In this document: piece by piece, positions 53,341 through 63,846 of the stretch | How the letters are laid out: the number at the start of each line of letters is the position of its first letter | Numbering within the stretch: the stretch's first letter is position 1 | Source of the DNA: Barthelona sp. PAP020 | Lineage: Eukaryota | DNA: 64,000 nt | Assembly: GCA_040182905.1 (NCBI GenBank) | Contig: JARQWU010000027.1 | Coordinates: 1-64,000 of the forward strand | Reading direction: 5' to 3' | Translations under genes and position numbers: made by a program | Notes under the pieces: model-generated | Databases searched by the model: none | The model's input: only the letters and a program-made list of their open reading frames with translations | Told to the model about the DNA's origin: nothing

Positions 53341-53538
53341 ATTTGATAAAACCCCAAACAAAAAAACTTTAAAAAATTTTATATTTTCAACAATAATTTT
53401 CAACTTTTGCCCAATAATATTAATTTACTATGAATAAACGATTTTTGGAATTATTTAAAATATCATAAATCCTTGAAAAAAAGAAAAAAAATTATTGAAA
53501 AAAGAAAAAAAATTTGGTTGTTCATTTTTTGGGAAAGG

Positions 53539-54123
53539 ATGATGCCCGTTCCGAGTCTAGTGGCCTTTATTGGTCCTTCTTGTTCAGGGAAAAATACTCA
53601 TATCGAATTAATCAGAGAAAATTATCCAGAATTTCAATTTGTTCATTGTATTAGTCATACAACACGTGGTCCACGCAATGGTGAAATTGATGGAAAAGAT
53701 TATTTCTTTGTTTCAAAAGATGAATTCTTAAATATGATTGATAATGATGAATTTGTAGAGCATGCAGAGATTCATGGTAATTTCTATGGTACTTCAAAAT
53801 CAACAATTAGAAATTTACTAAAAGATGGAAAAAGAATACTTTTTGACATAGATATTCAAGGAAGACGTTCTTTTTTAAAAACAGAATTTGATTTATTTGT
53901 TATTGGTCTACGTGCACCTCTTTCTGTTTTAAAACAAAGATTAATTGATAGAGGTACTGAAAACGTTGAAGCAATGGAAAGACGTTTGAATACTTCAAAA
54001 AGAGAATTAGATATCATGGAGAATGAGCCAGATTTATTCAATGTCATTCATGAGAATGTTGAAGATATCGAGACCACACATATTCAATTGTGCAAATATT
54101 TAGGTTTACGCTGTGAGTTGTAA
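53539..54123 (+). CDS. GUK1: Guanylate kinase
   Basis: GPSCSGK P-loop, SHTTRGPRNGEIDGKDYFFVS, HGNFYGTS, DIDIQG and RLIDRGTE. Confidence 0.95.
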   Translation: MMPVPSLVAFIGPSCSGKNTHIELIRENYPEFQFVHCISHTTRGPRNGEIDGKDYFFVSKDEFLNMIDNDEFVEHAEIHGNFYGTSKSTIRNLLKDGKRILFDIDIQGRRSFLKTEFDLFVIGLRAPLSVLKQRLIDRGTENVEAMERRLNTSKRELDIMENEPDLFNVIHENVEDIETTHIQLCKYLGLRCEL

Positions 54124-54227
54124 ATACAAATTTTTCTTCTTTTTTGTCTTCTTGTTTAGAATGATTTGCCTGCACAACGAAATCAAAAGATCAAAAACAA
54201 TAATAATAAATTTACAAGTCGAAGTGC

Positions 54228-54764
54228 TCAATTATATGATCTGGATGGTAGTTCATCTTGATTCATAATCAACTGACCATATATCCTGTTCGATTCATCC
54301 TTTTCCAGTTGACTAATGGGGCTTGAATCTAAAATTTCTAAATTAGGCATTTTGTGAATAACAAAATGGCGATAATCAGAATATTCCTTTGGAGTTTTCA
54401 TGGAAAAATAATTCGGACAACAATCATTTTGTAAAAGGGATAAATATCTTAATTTTGGTGTTCTAATTGATAAAATATTCAACAAAGCGGTTAAATTTTT
54501 GATGGAATTTTGATTCAACATGAGATTCTCCAATTTTAATAAAAATGGTAAACGTAGATTGTGTGTAAGATTATTATCATCTAAAATTAATGTTTGTAAA
54601 TTTGGAAAGGTGTCTAAAATCGATAAATCCAATGATAAAGAATTGTGTGACAAATCAATAGACAAAATCGAACGTTTTCTATTTTGATATTCTCTTGCTT
54701 CTAATAAACTTAAATTGGACAAATTTTTAGAAGATAGATCAATAGAACCAGTGGGTGCAGGCAT
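54228..54764 (-). CDS. Leucine-rich repeat protein with LRRcap (LRMDA/C10orf11-like)
   Basis: LxxLxLxxN repeats followed by NDCCPNY...YRHFVIHKMPNLEILDS. Confidence 0.75.
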   Translation of the reverse strand: MPAPTGSIDLSSKNLSNLSLLEAREYQNRKRSILSIDLSHNSLSLDLSILDTFPNLQTLILDDNNLTHNLRLPFLLKLENLMLNQNSIKNLTALLNILSIRTPKLRYLSLLQNDCCPNYFSMKTPKEYSDYRHFVIHKMPNLEILDSSPISQLEKDESNRIYGQLIMNQDELPSRSYN

Positions 54765-55367
54765 CTATTTCGAAAAACAAATGATATTTGTGAATTTATC
54801 TTCCGTTTTCACAAGTATTTCAAAATCAACAATAATTTAAAACAATGTTTATTGAAATAATCACCTTTAAATTAAAAAAACAACTGCCTTTTATAATTAT
54901 TTTGAGAGAATTACAAAATATTTCACAAAATCACTATTGAACAATCATTCTTATTTTTTGACGAACAAAAGTCACTATACAAGAATAAAAAAATTATCAA
55001 CTTATTGAAATTAATCAAAACACTCAATATTCATATCAACTGCTTCCATGCAACAAAATTGATTTTTTCCAACTTGCAAAATAACAAAAAACTAAGATTG
55101 AAAATATCTTTTCAGTATATCATTTTCAATTTATGTGAAACTAAACAGTATACATCAAAAGGCCTTTAAGTTCTAAAAAAAAACAAAATCATTTGAAAAT
55201 TAACGAAAACAAAAAAAAAAATAAATATCAAATATTAATGTTTTTCAGTGGCCAATACCCTCATTTTTGTCATTTGTTTACAAAAGGATTCTTTTCAAAT
55301 TAAAAATTTTTTTTGGAAATCAAGTCTATAAATAATCTTCCTTGTTTGTATTTTTTTGATAATCAGA

Positions 55368-55691
55368 ATGAGATTGTCCACCACTGTTTTGATATTATTT
55401 GTTGTTACAACTGCCTTTGCTTTGGATTTGAAGTTTCAACATCACACAGTTTCAAAATTTAATGCGCCTTCAAAATTGTTTGACCAACAGCATGTTCATG
55501 TTGAAGAATTTGTTCCAAATATGAGTTCTAGTGATTCTAGTTCATCATCAAGTTCTTCTTCCAGTTCTAGCTCTAGTTCTAGTTCCTCAAGCTCAAGTTC
55601 AAGTTCTTCTTCAAGTTCTTCTTCCAGCTCTTCTTCTAGTTCTAGTTCTAGTTCCAGTTCCAGTTCAAGCTCTTCATCTTCTATTTTTTGA
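55368..55691 (+). CDS. Small secreted poly-serine protein
   Basis: Signal peptide MRLSTTVLILFVVTTAFA; 49 consecutive Ser encoded by mixed TCN/AGY codons; TATAAATA about 40 bp upstream. Confidence 0.7.
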   Translation: MRLSTTVLILFVVTTAFALDLKFQHHTVSKFNAPSKLFDQQHVHVEEFVPNMSSSDSSSSSSSSSSSSSSSSSSSSSSSSSSSSSSSSSSSSSSSSSSSSSSSSSIF

Positions 55692-55883
55692 TTGTATTTT
55701 TTTCTTTTAGTGAAAATTTTTTTTGGATGAATTGATTTTCATCCCTTGTTTCACATTTTATAAAAATGGTTGTTGTTTTTTGTTTAATAAAAAGATTTGT
55801 TTTGATCCTTTTGTTGAATTCACAGGAACAGAAACCAAACCCAAAAGGCTACATAATTATATCACTATTTATGTATTATCAGT

Positions 55884-57506
55884 ATGCAGAAACCCAATAA
55901 CAAAGTAGAATTATTGATTATGATATTATCAACCATGATAATAGGCATTGACATTTATTTTCACATTAGTCCTTATAGTACTTTTTTTGAAAGTTTAAAT
56001 CGAGAAAAGGGTGAAAACAAAAGTAAAATTGATTCTTTGAGGTTCAAAACAAAAATTGATAACATAAAGGATTTAAATAATATACCTACCGATATATTGC
56101 TAAAGAAAGAAAAATTCCTTGTCAAATATCCTGATTATGGATACAACAATACCATCGATAAATTGAGAACAGAACAATTTCCTCATTTAAAGAATGAAAC
56201 TTATTTAGATTATACTGGTTCAGGAACTTATCAAAAACGTCAAATTGAGCGTTTTTCTTCCGATTTAAGTGAACATTTGTATGGAAATTCACATAGTCAT
56301 TCTTCACCATCTTTAAGAACTGATTACGTTGTTTCACATACAAGAAAACAAATAATGGAATTTTTTAACTCAAATTTTGATGAAAACCATGTTATTTTTA
56401 CTTCAGGAGCGACAGCGGGACTTCAGACAATTGGCAGGAGTTTTAAGTGGTCGAATAAGTCAAGTTATGTCTATACACGGCATAACCATAATTCCGTTAT
56501 TGGGATCAGGTATGTTGCTAAAGAACATGGCGTTAAGTATCGTGCTTTGCATGAACTGGAGATTGATGACATTTTAATTGGTAAAAAACCAAAGCTTAAC
56601 ACAAGCGCTGACGCTAATCATTTATTTGCATTCCCGGCTGAATGTAACTTCTCAGGGATCAAGTATCCCCTTGAATGGATAGAGTTGATTAAAAGAGGGG
56701 GACTTGGTCCAGGCACTTGGTATGTAATATTAGATGCAGCTGCATTTTTACCAACAAATAGGTTGGATTTGAGCAAGTATAAGCCTGATTTTGTTGTCTT
56801 ATCATTCTATAAGCTCTTTGGATTTCCTACGGGTATCGGTTGTTTGATTGTTAATGCTGAGGCCGAATATGCTTTACATAAGACTTTTGTTGGTGGTGGA
56901 ACCATTGTGATGCAATCCTGTGATTCTGATTTTTGTGTGTGGCGAGATCAATTGCACGAAAAATTCGAAGATGGGACCCTCAATTTCCTTGATATATTGG
57001 GGGTAAAATATGGTTTGGAAGTAATTAATGATTTGGGTATGGATAACATAAATATGCATGTGTGGAGCTTAACAGAGTATGCTTATGACCAATTATCGAG
57101 TTTAAGACATAAAAATGGAAAGAAAGTGATGGAATTTTACGGAAAACACCACTTACATGACTCTTCTAAACAAGGAGGCATTTTGTCTTTCAATTTTAAG
57201 CGTCCAGACGGTTCGTATTTGTTTTATACTGAAGCCGACCAAAATTTTGGATCTGTTGATATTCATGTTCGCACAGGAGCTCATTGCAATCCTGGTGCCT
57301 GTTTCGATTCATTAAATCTGGATATGTGCAAGTTAGAAGATATTTTTACCAAAAAAACCCATTGCGCGGATGAAATTGATAGTATAGAAGGCAATCCCCT
57401 AGGTGCTTTGAGAGTTTCGATTGGTTATCCATCTACTTTTGAAGATATCAACAGGTTAATAGATTTTGTCAAAGAAAGCTTTGTGGATATTCAAAACAAT
57501 GTTTAA
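55884..57506 (+). CDS. Molybdenum cofactor sulfurase-like PLP (NifS-like) enzyme lacking a MOSC domain
   Basis: YLDYTGS, YGNSHS, FTSGAT, NHNSVIGIR, SFYKLFGFPTG (PLP Lys), FEDGT and RTGAHCNPGAC. Confidence 0.85.
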   Translation: MQKPNNKVELLIMILSTMIIGIDIYFHISPYSTFFESLNREKGENKSKIDSLRFKTKIDNIKDLNNIPTDILLKKEKFLVKYPDYGYNNTIDKLRTEQFPHLKNETYLDYTGSGTYQKRQIERFSSDLSEHLYGNSHSHSSPSLRTDYVVSHTRKQIMEFFNSNFDENHVIFTSGATAGLQTIGRSFKWSNKSSYVYTRHNHNSVIGIRYVAKEHGVKYRALHELEIDDILIGKKPKLNTSADANHLFAFPAECNFSGIKYPLEWIELIKRGGLGPGTWYVILDAAAFLPTNRLDLSKYKPDFVVLSFYKLFGFPTGIGCLIVNAEAEYALHKTFVGGGTIVMQSCDSDFCVWRDQLHEKFEDGTLNFLDILGVKYGLEVINDLGMDNINMHVWSLTEYAYDQLSSLRHKNGKKVMEFYGKHHLHDSSKQGGILSFNFKRPDGSYLFYTEADQNFGSVDIHVRTGAHCNPGACFDSLNLDMCKLEDIFTKKTHCADEIDSIEGNPLGALRVSIGYPSTFEDINRLIDFVKESFVDIQNNV

Positions 57507-57899
57507 ACAGACAAAATTTTCAAAAAGTTAGAATTTTTGAATTTTGATTCATGTCAAAAGAATGTTTTTCATCACATAGCAACTATTAAATCAAAGAATA
57601 AAGCATATATAAATTTTTTTTTTAAGTTAACCCGCTCATTCCAGCGAATTTTCAAAATATGCTACCTCTGCTTGGTTTTCAACAAACCACTCGAATTATT
57701 TCACCACATATTTGTTATAGGCTATTTTGATTGGTTTAGAAATTAAATTATTCAATTTAGTAAAGGAAAATGAGGTGTATTCTTGATACTTCGACAACTA
57801 ATATTTTATTAGTTTAGGTTAAAAATTTAAAAAAAATTTACAGAATGCATATCAATGAAATAACTATCTTTATGCCTTCAAAAAGACACAAATAAAAAA

Positions 57900-60540
57900 G
57901 ATTCTTTTAAAATATAAAAGATATTTATCCAATTTTATTGATAGAGGACCATTATACACTCTTGTGGCATTAATTGAAGATTGATGGTGGGTCTGCTATC
58001 ATTTTTAAGAAAACTTTCACATTCTCTTTTGTTCGCAAATTTTCAAATGATCCAAACAGATAACTACGCCTATCAAACTCTTTTGAATCATTGAAACAAC
58101 TCAGCTTTGTTCTTTAAACAGGAAGAACCGTTTTCTTAATGATCAATCACCACATTTTAAACAGTGTCAACACCATGTTTTACTGCTAGCGCTTCTTTAA
58201 AAAAAAATGACATTAAATTGCACTTTAAAAATCCTTTGCACAAAAGGGCAGTTCATGTGAAGAGTTTGAACTTTTTTTTGGAAAAATATTTTGTCAACGC
58301 TTTTCTTTGAAGTAATATTTTAGTTTCGTCATCTTTGTTTTATCGATGTCAATGCCTTTTGACCTTTCATTTGATATTTGCATATTTTATGAATTATGGT
58401 TTGCATTGTGTTGATATATGATTTTTTTTATTCATATACAATAGGCAGTTTTGTAAAGATGCACTAATCTAGGATCTAGGGTTAAACGAGTCTATGGACA
58501 GAGTGTTGATTGTGATTTGAGAAGACAGCTGATCAAAGTCGAAGGAAATCCAAAATCGAAACGAATTATCAAAAGCAATGATTTTAGATTATCATCCATG
58601 AAAAACTTCACTCGTTGGTCAAAAGTTTCTTCAATTAAGGCTTTTGGGTCAAAGATTTGCTTTGGAGGAAAAGAATTGTCCCAACAATGAGTCAAATTCT
58701 TAATAATAAAGTCTTTTCAGTCTATAAGACGGGGTTTGGTGAAATTTTGTGATTCTAAAGAGACATTTAGAATTCCACAATCAGAAAACAATAGAAAGGG
58801 GCAATTAAATCTTTCTTCTTTTTTCAGCCCCGTAAATTCTTCAAATAGCACCCAAAAATGAGACTTAGAGGCTTGGATGAGAAATTAATTGGCGAGAAAC
58901 CTGCTGAAAATAATCTTCTCTTTATTTGGTGCGGGGTGTATGAAGCTTTGCACAATTTGCTCATTTCAATTGCTTCGCAAATTAATAGAACATCAAAATT
59001 TACCACATTTTCCCAAAGCAGAAGAACTTTCATGAATCATGAAATTGAATAAGCCATTTCATTGCGTAAAATGTGTTATCCGTTTTCAAAAAAGTCATTG
59101 AAATTGTTTGTTTCATTTGGATCCAACAAATTCTTCTTTAAACGATCAAATAATCGTCTAACAATGTAACAATGTGCTTGTCACCAGAAAACCCAACAAA
59201 GTTAAGAAGACATGAAAAATAGGTGAAACTGAATTTAAATGATAACAAAGTGCATTTTGAGTTTTAATATCTGTAAATTATCAGAAATCTCACGAAGATT
59301 CTCTTTAGCTTCAGAACTGGTTTCGTTAAATAAATTTGGTTTCGACAAACGTTCGGGAGGAAATTAAAACCCTCAGCTTGGAAACACATGTTTGAAAATG
59401 AAACTCTTTCACACACACATGAATTTTTCTAAGATGAACATGAAATTTGGATTTTTTTCAATTTCAAGATGATAGATGGCAGCTATGTTGAGTGATAGAC
59501 AAAAACTAGCTTCAAAAAAGTTTAAGAACTTCACTTTTTTATTACAGTGGTTGTCAAGATCCCACATATACTTCAGAAAGGTTTCTCATGGAAAAAGCAG
59601 CAGAGCACAACTTTTAATGAATCATCTCCTCTCTACTTAGCTCATCTCGGTCCATTTCAACAGCTTCAATCTTAGAAGAGTTTCAGCAAATACTTTCTCT
59701 CTTAGGCTGTCCTGAAAAAAGAGCACAAACCGCACCTAAGGAGATATTAGGAGATTTGCGGTAAAGTAGAACTGTAATTGTAATTCCAAATGTATCTTTA
59801 AGAGTTCTTTGGAACTCTTCAAAGTTTTGGTCAGTGGACCAACCATAGATGTCATAAATATGATGTTGAAACACAAGGAACGGGTGTTGTGGAGCATCAA
59901 AATGAGCAAACATTTCGCAGTAAACACTTTTTGATACGTTTGAAAAGAGAGACCACAGATTGGGCAAATTTTCTTTGGATAAGTGTTTGACTTTCTTTGA
60001 GATTTCATCAAACCTGCAGCCATGTTTACAAAACAGCTTCACTTCACTAAATGAGATAAGTGGAATTAATTTCAAGAACTTGAAATGAATTTCTTCAAAT
60101 TCCAGCAATTTACTCTCTTTAAAAAGTGTATGTAGCTTCTCTTCATTGTAAGAAAAGCTAAATAACGTCTGATTATGGGTCCAACCAGGATAATTTTAAC
60201 AATAGATGGAATTTATTATTTTTGACTTCATCAATGTCAAAGTAAAAATGGATGTTTGTACTCTTTATGTGGAGATATTGGCTTCTTTTTTCGGTGTGAA
60301 TGTGTTTATTTTTTCATTCAGCAAAGTTAAAAAACTTAACACAGTCATGCTATTTGTTTGAACTAATTCATATGATCTAAGAAAATATAATTTCATCACT
60401 GTTGAGCTGAATACCAATTGACTTATAAAAAATATATAAAATGGGAAGCTTTAGAATTATCGGTGAAAAGGTCCAAAACTGTGCCAACATCCAACATTTC
60501 AACCATAGCTCCACTCATTTAACAATTGGATAAAGACTTT
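57900..60540 (-). pseudogene. Decayed coding region(s) of unknown origin
   Basis: Serial protein-like minus-strand fragments broken by in-frame TAA/TGA and frameshifts, e.g. ...KPRLID*KDFIIKNLTHCW... and ...FFENG*HILRNEMAYSIS*FMKVLL... Boundaries are approximate. Confidence 0.5.
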
Positions 60541-61099
60541 CACTGGAAAAAATAATAAACCCTATAAAAAAAGAAGGAAGGTTCTTTCCCAGGGCGAAAC
60601 TTAAACAAAATAGTGATATCGAGCTGTTTAGAATATTGTTTACTTGACCTCATTTATCAATCAGATAAATTCACGTTCTTTCATTGTGTTCCCAATTAAG
60701 ATAATTCTGATTGGAAACTAATTTTTACTTAACTTACAGCCTGTTTAACGTTCATATTTTTATTATAAATTATTGTATATGTATTGAATCATATTTAATA
60801 ATCAGAAGTGCAAGAATAGAACCTAGAACAATGTTTATTTTGTCTTTTTGGGTGAAACCATTCCGCTTTGTTGCGAAAAATTTTGACCCCAACTGAAAGT
60901 TTTGCTTTGGGATAGCGTAAAATGACCCATTGAGTAAAAACTTTCAAACAATATTGAACAAAGAAACATGATGAATATATATTTACAAGTAAACTTTTAA
61001 ACTTTTTAAACTTTTCAAACTTTTGGCCTTAAAAGAACCTTTTGAAATTATCATTTAATTATATGTCGTTACGTTGTGAAAAACTTTGTTCAAAATGAC

Positions 61100-63547
61100 T
61101 CATGTTTCAATGGATTGAACTAATTGGAATAGAAGAGCATTCTGTTTGGGCAAAAATGATTGAAATGAACACAACAAATAATTTAGTAAATTTTCAACCT
61201 CAAAATAATCATTGTCTTCATTATTTTCATATTTATTGTTGATTGCTGCAAAATCATTCCCAAATTCGTGTAAAACAAGAACAAAATCATTTATATGATT
61301 ATTAAGTTCAACAAATGAATCTTTGATGATGAGATTTAAAAGTTTTGAATTTTGTTTCAAAAAATTGTCCAAACTTTTCAAATTTTCTAAAACAAAATTG
61401 TAAAAGTTTCCAACAATTCGAGTCAAACCAACAGATTTGCCAGAATTCTCACTAAATTTGTTCATTACTGTTCCAAAATTCTTTAGATCATTGTTTTGCT
61501 CCATTATCAACAATTTTAATGTTGAGATAGACCCTTCTAAATTCTGAATGAAAGATTCTTTCTTTTGTAACTTCTCTTTCAATCCATTGATATTCAATTT
61601 ATTGATCTTTTGTCTGTATGTGTTAAATTCATGGTTTTGTTTTCTCTGCTGTATTTCCAAAGTTTTGAACTTTTCCTCATATTCTTTTCTTTGAATAAAC
61701 GCCATTTTCTTTATGGCATCTAATTTCTTGTTTGACAATCCCTCAAAATTATCCAACTCTCTTTCTAAATCTAAGATTTTCTCTTTATATTGTTCCAATT
61801 GTTGAATCAATTCCTCGTTCTTCCGTTTAAACTTGTTTGAAACCATTCGTTCAGATCTTAATTTTTGTAGCAATTGATTTTCTCTAGTTTTGGATCTATG
61901 TTGAGCTTCATCCAGTTGTTTAACAAGGTTTGAAGTTAAGTCCCTTGTGTCTTTTCGAATTTTCATATTTTCTTTTTGAGTACTTCTTAATGCATCATCC
62001 AATACATCTACTAATGGTTGTTGAGGTAAATTCAAAGATCCTCGTTCATGTTGAATACCAACACCTTTTGATACTATTGTTGGAGTGCTTTCAATTTGCG
62101 AATGGGTTAATTTGCTATGAGTGCTGATAGAAAAATCTGTCTCTGTTCCTGAGGCGTAATTCTTTTGAAAATTTGATCCAACACTATGGTTAGACTTGTT
62201 CTTAAGTTTATATTGAGACTCTGAAAATCTGTCGCTATTTTGAGTGTAATTTGGTGTAGGAATCGAAGCCAAATATTCTTCAAATCCATCTCTATTTAGC
62301 TGATTTAATGGGGTTCCATTGTTCAAAGAAGTTCTATCATCTGAATGCAAGCTACCAGAATTTAATTGAATTTTAGCCGGTTGTTCAGTGATTCCATCAT
62401 GTGGATTAATGTTATCACAGCTGTTAGCACTTCTATCATCAGTTTTAGTTCTTGTACTAGACTTTGTCCAAACAACATCCTTCACTTGTCCCTCATAATT
62501 GGCATATAGTTCTTCCAAATTTAAAATTGTTGCGTTTAATCTCTCAACATCTTCTATAATCTGAGGCAACTGTCTGATTTTGCTGAAAATGCTCAGATTG
62601 ATCTCAATCTCTTGTAAAGTAAGCTCTTTCTTCAAAAATTCAGGAGTATCGATGTCTATTGCTGAATTACTATTGTTTTTACCTTCTAATACATACAAAC
62701 CAACAATTTTCATTTTTTTAAAAATTGGCTCTAACATATGACACAATTGTCTTGATTTCCACCCGCCACTTTGAAAGTCTTTCACAATCAGTTCGTTTAA
62801 CAGAGTTTCTAACTTGATTAAAGAAGCATTAATATTGAATTGACTCCTTTGAAATTTTTGAGGGACGATTTTCTGAACTTCTGACGAAAAAATTTGAAAT
62901 GCAGGCAGATTCACAATTTTAAATTGAGATACCGTTTTTTTAATCTGAGAATTGACAATTTCTTCTCTTTCTAAAAAAATGGTCACAAAGATAAAACTTC
63001 TTTGAACAGTATATTCCTTCTTTATACCTCTTATGATAGTAGATTTAAAAATGTTAAAATCATAGAGTTTGTCTATGGTAACAACTGAATCTCCAATAAT
63101 CTCATTTCCATTTGTCATTTGAAGCGGAATTTTTGAATACATATCAAATATTTTTTCAGCAAAAATTTGATAAGCAGCAACCTTTATCTTATAATCATTA
63201 ACGTTTCCCAAAATATGAACGTTTTCCAAAAGATTCTTCATCAAATTATCCAATAAACCATTTTCTTTATAAACAAAGGAAAAATTATTAGTTATTAAAC
63301 AAGTATTTTCATTATTCATCAAATTTGAATGATAATTAGGAAAATTATTCTCATAAAACTCATAAATATCATTAAAATTGTCAAATATTTCATCAAAATA
63401 ATATATCGAATTCTCATCATTATTATTCAATGAAACAGATTGATTGTTAAGTTTTTTTATAATTGATAAATTATCAACACAAATACAATAGCTTTTTGTT
63501 CGTGTTTGATTGTCGTTTTCAATATTAAATTCTGTTGTTTCATTCAT
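61100..63547 (-). CDS. Degenerate kinesin-motor-homology domain + coiled coil
   Basis: YYFDEIFD, AYQIFAEKIFDM, RSFIFVTIFLE, FKIVNLPAFQ, INASLIKL and RQLCHMLE occur in kinesin motif order. There is no P-loop. Confidence 0.7.
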   Translation of the reverse strand: MNETTEFNIENDNQTRTKSYCICVDNLSIIKKLNNQSVSLNNNDENSIYYFDEIFDNFNDIYEFYENNFPNYHSNLMNNENTCLITNNFSFVYKENGLLDNLMKNLLENVHILGNVNDYKIKVAAYQIFAEKIFDMYSKIPLQMTNGNEIIGDSVVTIDKLYDFNIFKSTIIRGIKKEYTVQRSFIFVTIFLEREEIVNSQIKKTVSQFKIVNLPAFQIFSSEVQKIVPQKFQRSQFNINASLIKLETLLNELIVKDFQSGGWKSRQLCHMLEPIFKKMKIVGLYVLEGKNNSNSAIDIDTPEFLKKELTLQEIEINLSIFSKIRQLPQIIEDVERLNATILNLEELYANYEGQVKDVVWTKSSTRTKTDDRSANSCDNINPHDGITEQPAKIQLNSGSLHSDDRTSLNNGTPLNQLNRDGFEEYLASIPTPNYTQNSDRFSESQYKLKNKSNHSVGSNFQKNYASGTETDFSISTHSKLTHSQIESTPTIVSKGVGIQHERGSLNLPQQPLVDVLDDALRSTQKENMKIRKDTRDLTSNLVKQLDEAQHRSKTRENQLLQKLRSERMVSNKFKRKNEELIQQLEQYKEKILDLERELDNFEGLSNKKLDAIKKMAFIQRKEYEEKFKTLEIQQRKQNHEFNTYRQKINKLNINGLKEKLQKKESFIQNLEGSISTLKLLIMEQNNDLKNFGTVMNKFSENSGKSVGLTRIVGNFYNFVLENLKSLDNFLKQNSKLLNLIIKDSFVELNNHINDFVLVLHEFGNDFAAINNKYENNEDNDYFEVENLLNYLLCSFQSFLPKQNALLFQLVQSIET

Positions 63548-63737
63548 TGCTAAGGTTCATTTTAACATAAAAATACAGTTTGATATTTATTTTAAATTTC
63601 CTGTATAAAAATCTTTTTCATTTATTTAATTCAATGAATAATGACCTTTGATTGTTTAAATTATATTGTATTTCATTAGATTTCCTTTATCAAATCTTTT
63701 CTCATTTTTGAAAAAAATGAGCGTTTCAAAATTGTTT

Positions 63738-63846
63738 TTTTATTTTTCTTCTTGCATGAACCTTTTCCGGAACTTACCCAAATTAGAGACTGGGAATCTC
63801 AATTGATTAATAAATAATAAACCTTAATCTTTATTCTTTCCGGGGG
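63738..63846 (+). repeat. 109-bp dispersed noncoding module, copy B
   Basis: 100/109 identical to 25334-25442. Confidence 0.9.

Noticed and set aside
57900..60540. In-frame TGAs suggesting UGA=Trp or Sec readthrough
   Set aside because: The same frames also contain TAA stops and frameshifts, so ordinary decay explains them.
58478..60564. TAGGGTT/AACCCTA as terminal inverted repeats or telomeric seeds
   Set aside because: Only 7 bp long, not tandem, and without a target-site duplication.
60573..60603. GAAGGAAGGTTCTTTCCCAGGGCGAAACTTA resembles part of human U1 snRNA
   Set aside because: No upstream ACTTACC, no stem-loop I partner strand, no ATTGCAC loop and no Sm site.
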